From the human T2T-CHM13v2.0 reference genome, Homo sapiens: 64,000 nt of DNA. Positions 57,130 to 64,000 of the stretch are shown here, one piece after another. Made by a program: the position numbers and the translations under genes. The notes under the pieces were generated by a model. The model did not search any database, was not told where the DNA came from, and was given only the letters and a program-made list of their open reading frames with translations. The DNA lies in NCBI RefSeq assembly GCF_009914755.1, contig NC_060927.1, one strand, 5' to 3'. Position 1 is the stretch's first letter. The number at the start of each line of letters is the position of its first letter.

Positions 57130-58130
57130 TTGGCTGAAGCTGAATCATGTGGCTGCTGCTGGCTCCTCAGTAGAGTCCATAGTTGCCAGGCCTGTTGCAA
57201 GGGGACAAGCAGCCATGGCTCCTGTCTGATACCCAGGGGAATGGGACTGTTTTCTGGACAATAGTTGAGCAGGGCTGAAGCCAGGACATGGGGCTGCTTT
57301 TGGTCCTGCATTCAAGTCTGCAAATGGCAGGCTTGTTACCAGGAGCATGGATAAGTGTGGCTGCCAGCAGCCCTAAGTGGGCTCCTGCTGGTTCCCTGGA
57401 CAAGCAGCACTACATCTGCACCATGACAAAATGGGTCTGGAACCAGCTCACAGGACTGCTTTAGAGTCCACAGTTGGGTATGAGATTGGTGGGTCCGTTA
57501 CCAGGGGTGCTGACAGGCATGGCTATTATTGTGTCCCTGGGCAAGCAGAACTGTCTTCAGATTGTAGTAGAGCATGGCTAGGCTATGTCACAGGGCTGCT
57601 GTAGGATCTGCAGTTTGGTCCAATTTGGGAAGCATGTTACTTGGGTCATAGCTGGGTGTGTTTCCTGCTAGGTCTTTGGGCAGGCAAGGTTGCCCCTGGA
57701 CAACAGCAGAGCAAGGCTGGGATTGAACCAAGTCACAAGGCTGCTTCAGGATCCAATCTAGGACTTAGGGCAGGATACTTGCTGTGCCTCTGGGTCAGGA
57801 CTGACTGACTACAGTAGATCGGGGCTGGAGTTGGATCACAGGGCTACTTCAGGATCCACATTCAGGACAGAGGTTGTCAGGCCTGTTACTGGGAGTATGG
57901 AAAGGTATGTGTCTCTCTGGTTCCATGAGTGGGCAGGACTGACTTTGTGGCTGCAGTAGAGTGAGGCTGGAGCTGAGTCATGGGGCCACTTCAGGATCCA
58001 CAGTTAAGTCCAAGTCTGGTGGGACTATAACTGGGAGCATAGACAAGTGTTGCTCCTTCCGGGTCCATTGGCAGATGGGGCTGATTTCAGGACAAACTGC
58101 AGCCAAATGGAGCTAAATCTAAGTCCATAG
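57130..58130. repeat. Degenerate ~142-bp tandem monomers in the L1 5' region
   Basis: Anchor ggctgg/ggctga...tcaca/tcatg...ggctgcttcaggatcca recurs at about 57153, 57294, 57456, 57596, 57741, 57844, 57986. Confidence 0.75.
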
Positions 58131-58379
58131 GAGGATGGAGTGGTTTTCAGTCAGCACCTGGACCCACATTTGGCAAGCCTGCCACCAGGGTGTAGGCCTG
58201 CCTTCTCAAAGTGGCTCCCCCCAGTCTTGGGCTTCATCAGGGCTTTACATCCTTTTACCTGGGTCCCAAGTCTCCCACAATGGCACTTTTTTCCATGGAT
58301 GACTGCCAGGTTACTGTTTGTGTGGGAGGATATGAGCTGGGGACCTCCTATTGCACCATCTTGCTGACATCACATACAC

Positions 58380-58470
58380 GCTGAGAAACCTTGAACAAAT
58401 TCTCTTTACCTTTTTGAGCCTTGGTTTCCTTTGCAATTAAATGATCAAATGACATAATGGATGAGAAGAT
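58380..58470 (+). mobile_element. MIR fragment
   Basis: accttgaacaaattctctttacctttttgagccttggtttcct. Confidence 0.55.
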
Positions 58471-58744
58471 GTCTTGTAGAGTAGGCAGGCCGCATGAATG
58501 CAAGGTAGCAACCTCAGCATAAGCACCTGGATGACAGGGGTTTCATTCATTTCTTATCCTTCTCAGGTCCAATTGTCATGTGGATAAGTAGTGCTCAATG
58601 TGATATCATACAACCTGCTGAAATGGGTAAAACTTCATATATTAATCCAAAGAGTTATGGAACATAGTTGTTACGTGCTTTTAGAATTTGAAAAGGTTTT
58701 AGAGATTGTTTCCATCAATGCCCCACCTCACCTTCAACTAAAGT

Positions 58745-59614
58745 TGTACCAGAATATGAACCATTTTTACTCACAATACTTCTGACATCAAATATGTGTG
58801 TGGATAGGGGGTTCTATGCCAACAATCAGTTTTCCAATTTTCTGGACACCGACTGGGTGTCCTGCAAGCCAATTAAATTCTGACATTAACTACTCAGAAT
58901 TAGTGTCAGACCCCACAGGTTTAAGCAGTGTCAGACTCCATAGGTTTAAGCATTTAGTCCCAAAAGACTGCTCTCACCTCAGACACCAGCCTCAAGCCCC
59001 AGGTTAGTGCCTATATTTCTGACTAACTGACTGTAAATTGGGGGTTCTCATGACTCCACTCCTCAGATTCAGTGATTTGCTAGGATGGCTCACAAAACAG
59101 GAAAGTGCTTTACTTACTATTACTAGTTTATATGAAGGATATTGTAAAGAATAAAAATGAACAGCCAGATGAAGAGGTACATAGGGTGAGGTCTGGAAGT
59201 GTCCCAAGAACAGGAGCTTGTGTTTCTCTGGAGTTAGGATGAATCACCCTCCTGGCATATGGATGCATTTACCCACCCAGAAGCTCTCTGAACCCCATCA
59301 TTTAGGGGTTTTAATGGAGATTTCATTATGTAGGCATGATTGATTAAATCATTGCTCATTAGATATTAACTTAATCTCCAGTTCCTTTTGTCTTCCTGGA
59401 GGTGGGGGGAAGGAGAGCTGAAAGTTCTAATCTTTTAATTATGCTTTGGTTTTTCTGGTGGACAGCCCCCATCCTGAAGTTATCTAGGCCTCCCAGACAC
59501 CAGTCATCTCATTAGCATATAAGATACTCATCACTTCAGAGATTCCAAGGATCTTAGGACTTGTATGTCAGGAACCTGGACAAAGACCAAATATATATTT
59601 TTTATTATGCCACA
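58745..59614 (-). mobile_element. ERVL LTR, MER21B/C-like
   Basis: cacaatacttctgacatcaaat, ggacaccgactgggtgtcct, tcagaccccacagg, acagccagatgaagagg; terminal ggacaaagaccaaatatatattttttattatgccaca. Confidence 0.85.
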
Positions 59615-60231
59615 CAGGGTCAAAGAGATGCAGTTGCTGAGGTCACATCTGCATGGAGGTTTTCAGTTTTTCTTTCAATTATTCTTTGCTGATTCCTCAT
59701 ATTAAGATCCCATAAATGAAAGACAAGTACAAATATAAATATTATTAATTTTGAAATTAACCAAAAACTTAGTAACCTGGTTAAGGAAATTGATGAAAAG
59801 TTTACCTAAAGACAGTGGAAGAGCTAGAAATAATGAATGCTGGGATTTAGCACTATTGCTATTTTCTTTTCTTCTGCAAAGAACAGCAAGCACTATTGAG
59901 CTTGCGTTCTGTTGAGAAGAGCAGGGTATTAGCAATGACTGATGTAGGGAAAGCAAGTGGGATCAGACATCTGGAACTGGGGTAGAGACAAGGAAGAGGC
60001 AAGGCCAGGCATCCATGCCAGAAGGGTTTGTTGTAATTCTTTAATGCCATTCCTACTGTCATTATCATACCTTCTTTATCTCTACTCTTTACTCATCTCT
60101 GTTGGTTACTCATAGGTACCACCACTGCAACACCCCTTAGATACCTGAAAGTTCTTTGAGGTGAAGGATTCTATCATGTACATCTTTGGATCCTCCTGAT
60201 CACCCAGTAATTCACTATTGAGGCTTGATAA

Positions 60232-60289
60232 TGATGGATGAATGGGTGGATGATGGATGGATGGATGGAAAAATTGATGATGGATGGAT
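60232..60289. repeat. Degenerate (GGAT)n repeat
   Basis: tgatggatgaatgggtggatgatggatggatggatgg. Confidence 0.85.
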
Positions 60290-60439
60290 AATAAAAACAG
60301 AATAAATACTGACAGAAACCCAGAGGTAGCAAGGAAAATCATAACAACTTACTCTCCCTGTCAGCAGGGTCCAAGCATATTTTGGAGTGACTTTTCGGAG
60401 ATATGTTGGGTTTATTTTATTTTAATATCCTTTAATCCT

Positions 60440-60830
60440 GAGATTACCAACTGATTGCCCATGGACCAAATTCAACCTAAGCATCTGTTTCATTTGCCCT
60501 TGTTATTAAGTCTGTCTACTGTTAAATACACAGGGAAATAAATAAACTTATATCATATTGAATGCATTGCCAACATATAAAAATTGAGAGATGTATTATT
60601 TTAAAAGAATTGATATTTTTCTGGAAACTCAGCAATAGTGGCCTCATTATTCTACTCCCTGTAAATAGGGCAGGCACTGTCCTATGTGCCACAATAATGA
60701 TCACTGGCATAGGTAACAGTCAGTTGCCATCTATTACTCATGTTCAAAATTTTAAAAATTCTAACCCATGCTTCTTGATTAAATTGCCTTCTTGGCCCAT
60801 TAGGCTTCAGGGTTTACAAAACTGGCTTTA
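60440..60830. mobile_element. MER102-like hAT-Charlie element
   Basis: ccaactgattgcccatggaccaaattcaacc...tgttttcatttgccc; cagcaatagtggcctc; tgtgccacaata. Confidence 0.45.
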
Positions 60831-60899
60831 GCCAGTAACACAGCACCTTCTCCACACTAAAGGAAAGAACAAGATCAAAGGAGAGAAATTTTAAGAAAG

Positions 60900-61125
60900 T
60901 AATAGTAACAACAACGCTTAACGGGCTTTCACCATTCATTGTGAACTGTGCTATTTTACATATACTCACACTATACTCTGTGAATCAGCTATATTCTTGT
61001 CACAGTTTCATAGCTGAGGAAACTGTGACTTAGATATTGGGTAACTTGCCCAAGACTATAGTTCATAAGTATTCATAATCCAGATATTTCTGCCTCCAAG
61101 TCTGTCATTGGAACCACTACACTGC
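60900..61125 (-). mobile_element. MIR
   Basis: gctgaggaaactgtgacttagatattgggtaacttgcccaagac...tctgcctccaagtc...aaccactacactgcct. Confidence 0.75.
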
Positions 61126-64000
61126 CTTTGTACTCTTTCTTAACATATAAATGATGAAATCAGCACTATAATATGCTTTCTTCATCTCTTAGAAAAAGCA
61201 AATAAATATTGATTAACTACACTCAAGCAATTTTAAATTAGTCAGTCAGTTTTGAAGTGCTCCAAATCTTGCCTTTTTTTGTTCATGCGGTGGGGCTGGC
61301 ATTAATAACATGCCTCGGTAAATTCCCTCAGCATTTGGTAGCTTGAAACATCCAACATACAGGTGGGAGGATGTGTATAGCAAAGAAATAACATAAAATT
61401 TCTTTCTTTTCTTTTCAATTGAACTTATTGTGACATGTAGGAAATTCATTCTGAAAGATGGTGGGTTTCTTAAATGGTAGCTAATTCTGATGCATCTGCA
61501 AACACTTGACTCGTTGGGAACCCGAGCTCCTTCTGCAATCGTGTGTGCAAAAGGGGACATTATCACTGAATTAGAGGAATTAGAGGCATCCAAGTCTCAC
61601 TATCTCAGACACTCTGGCCCTCTTGCAGCATGGAAGGTTTCTTTGCATTCCTTTTTCAGTTAATAGCTCCTGTGTTTTAATCAAATACATCTCCCTGGTT
61701 TAATTTTTTTCTAGTAACGTTTCATTTTTTTTTCTTCTGAGCTGTGCCTTCTATGTTTTTTTTTCTCGAGAAATTCTCATCTAAACCAAATTTCTACACC
61801 TACCCCATCATTATTATGCATTATCTATTATAATAACAGACCTTTTTGACTGTTCTACACTATGCTGAAGGCACCCAAGGCCTTTGTCTAATTGTCTGTA
61901 TCAACTAGACATGGAGGAAACCAAAACTTGTGTGCTGCACCTTCAATGGGGTAGAAAGTTGCTTCATCCAAGGGATAACTCAGGTGACCATAAGGATTGC
62001 TGCTTTGTTCTATATGTGAATGCCTTTAAGAACACAGTTATGATAAAATAACATTGATTCCATCTATTTATTGCACATTTTATTATCATAAAACTTCTAG
62101 AGGGTCATATCCTAAGCAGCAGCTTGGACAAAGAGGGGGAAATGATCAGTTAAGTGTATTTGGGGAAAGACTTTACATTGTTCTTCTTCTAGTGGGAAGA
62201 ATATCTTCTATGGTTAACGTAAATATTTGGATCCAATCAGAAATTGTATTTTTAAGAACATCTTGGGAATACATTCCATGGCCGGATTTCAGAATGCATA
62301 TTAATGTCCAGTTCACTGGTTTATGCCCTTTTCATTTGACAGCTATCACAAGAAGCTCCTTCGTGAGCCTTGCCTCAGGCAACATTCTAGTAATGTGATT
62401 CGAGGGATGCTGAAATCCTCCCGACAAAACCCCACCCAAAAATATAGATCCCACATATCTACCCCCTAGGCTGGAATTCCCACGATTAGTCACTGCTCGG
62501 GAAACAGAGATGCCTATCCCTGGGAGAGGAGGCTCATTTAGAACTATTAAATATGCCTCTGTAAAATCAATACATTCAAGTTTTCTCTGAACTTGCCATA
62601 AATTTTCTCACCTCTGTACCTGGTCAGGGACATTTGGAATGCTCTTACATCTCTTTGCTATTTGTCCAGTTGCTTCTCAAAATCAGAGATCTGGCTCAAA
62701 TGTTGTATTTCTCATAAAAAATAATCACTTATAACCCCAGCCAAAAATATTGCCTACCCATTGAAACATCAGTGGAGCACATTTATACTTCACTAATTCA
62801 ACATTAAATGGAAACCAGGAAGTTAGAAAATGTTGAAAATAGAGAAATAAACACGGGTGTCTGCCCCTGGGTCCTCATGTCCTCCAAGACAGCTTTTCCC
62901 AAAGTGATAAATGTCCCAAAACAGTATATGCAATGATTTTAGATGATGCATGGATTGTTTTTGTATTTCATTATTATTTAATTACTCTTACCTTTACTAA
63001 TTATGGTAAAAGACCTTGATTTTCCAATCATAGAAATGATATGAAGATCTTTAAAAGAATAAATTTATTTAAATAAGAAAAAAACAAGTAGAGATAATGA
63101 AATAAATCTTTAAATAATAATACAAGTCATTTAAAGATATGGCAAAAACAGAAAAGACACCTACCACCCAAAAAACAAACAAACAAAAAAAACATGAAGT
63201 AGGAACTTAGCATGCATAGATTTGAGGAAAAATGTTAATAAAGTATTTTTTAAAACCCTGAAATTTAGAAAGTTGCTTCAGGAAAAAAAAGACTTGGAAA
63301 TAGATAAATGGCCATGTAACTTGGCAGGGACTATGACAGAGTTATGAAGAGACATCTGTCAGAGGCCAACAGACACATCAGCTATTTGTGCTGAAGGATC
63401 AGAGATGAACTGGCTTGTGCACTGCTCAACTGATCTACCACATTTTAGGCATGTACCTCGTCTTCTCAGAAACCACATCATGTGGCCCTAAGAGGGAAGG
63501 ATTCCCTCTGCTTCATCAGCCCTCCACACGGTAATGCATGTGTGAACTACTTCTTGTTCCCAAAGCTAAGATCTGAGGAAAAGGTATTGTTTTTATACCT
63601 TATACCTGCTATACCTTATATTCCTTGCTTATACCTGCTATACCTTATATAGCAGATAAAATAGAAATGTATATGTATTTCAGCCTTGCCATCTTACACC
63701 TTCCTAGATTTACAATTTTAGTTCTCTTAATTAATAACCATAACTCTTTCCATTTTTTATAAAGTGTTCTGAAAAATGATCTAAAACTCTTGGGAAATAC
63801 CTTACCAAAAAAGATCCTGCTTCAGAATAACCAAGATCTGGCTAAACAGGACTCTGTGGGGAGATGGGTGTGGCTAGCAGTAAATCCTGGGAACTTCGGA
63901 TTTATAGGCCTACAAGAGATCTCCATAAACAGCCAGGATAGAGCAGGAGTAACTTCACGGCCGGAGGCAGGACACACACCCTCCACTCTTTCCTCTCCCA

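Noticed and set aside
58387-58394. gaaacctt near both ends of the large L1 (also ~49232) as a possible TSD
   Set aside because: The downstream copy is about 13 bp from the L1 terminus and lies within MIR-like sequence; probably coincidental.
61246-61593. Longest ORF in the track (115 aa, minus strand)
   Set aside because: No recognisable domain, non-ATG start, no exon context; this length is expected by chance in 64 kb.
62054-62398. 114-aa plus-strand ORF
   Set aside because: TTG start and no similarity to any protein family I recognise.
62890-63140. Possible hAT-Charlie (MER113-like) remnant starting cagcttttcccaaagtg
   Set aside because: Second terminus and TSD could not be identified.

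Overview
This is primate (human-like) genomic DNA: AT-rich, CpG-depleted, with no CpG island and no credible protein-coding gene. Most ORFs in the track are Alu, L1, LTR or low-complexity read-throughs; the rest lack any recognisable protein similarity. About 60% (estimated by eye) is recognisable interspersed repeat: about 17 Alu copies or fragments, young and old L1, L2, MIR, a CR1/L3 fossil, MaLR/ERV LTRs and hAT/Tigger DNA-transposon remnants. It reads as intronic or gene-desert sequence with repeat-poor islands at about 0.1-2.1, 39.0-43.2 and 61.2-62.8 kb. The most notable items are: (1) a ~100-bp polyA-tailed, TSD-flanked retrocopy at 4527-4639 resembling the Alu-left-monomer-derived snaR/ASR/CAS Pol III RNA family; (2) a 112-bp nested fold-back palindrome at 16096-16207; (3) a ~76-bp segment inside an Alu at 14316-14391 that matches sequence 2.55 kb downstream; (4) a 35-bp AT-rich minisatellite with a 20-bp palindrome per unit; (5) an ancient two-LTR MaLR; (6) a near full-length old L1 with a ~142-bp monomer array at its 5' end. 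Repeat subfamily names come from recalled consensus sequences, not from a search, and boundaries of old elements are approximate.
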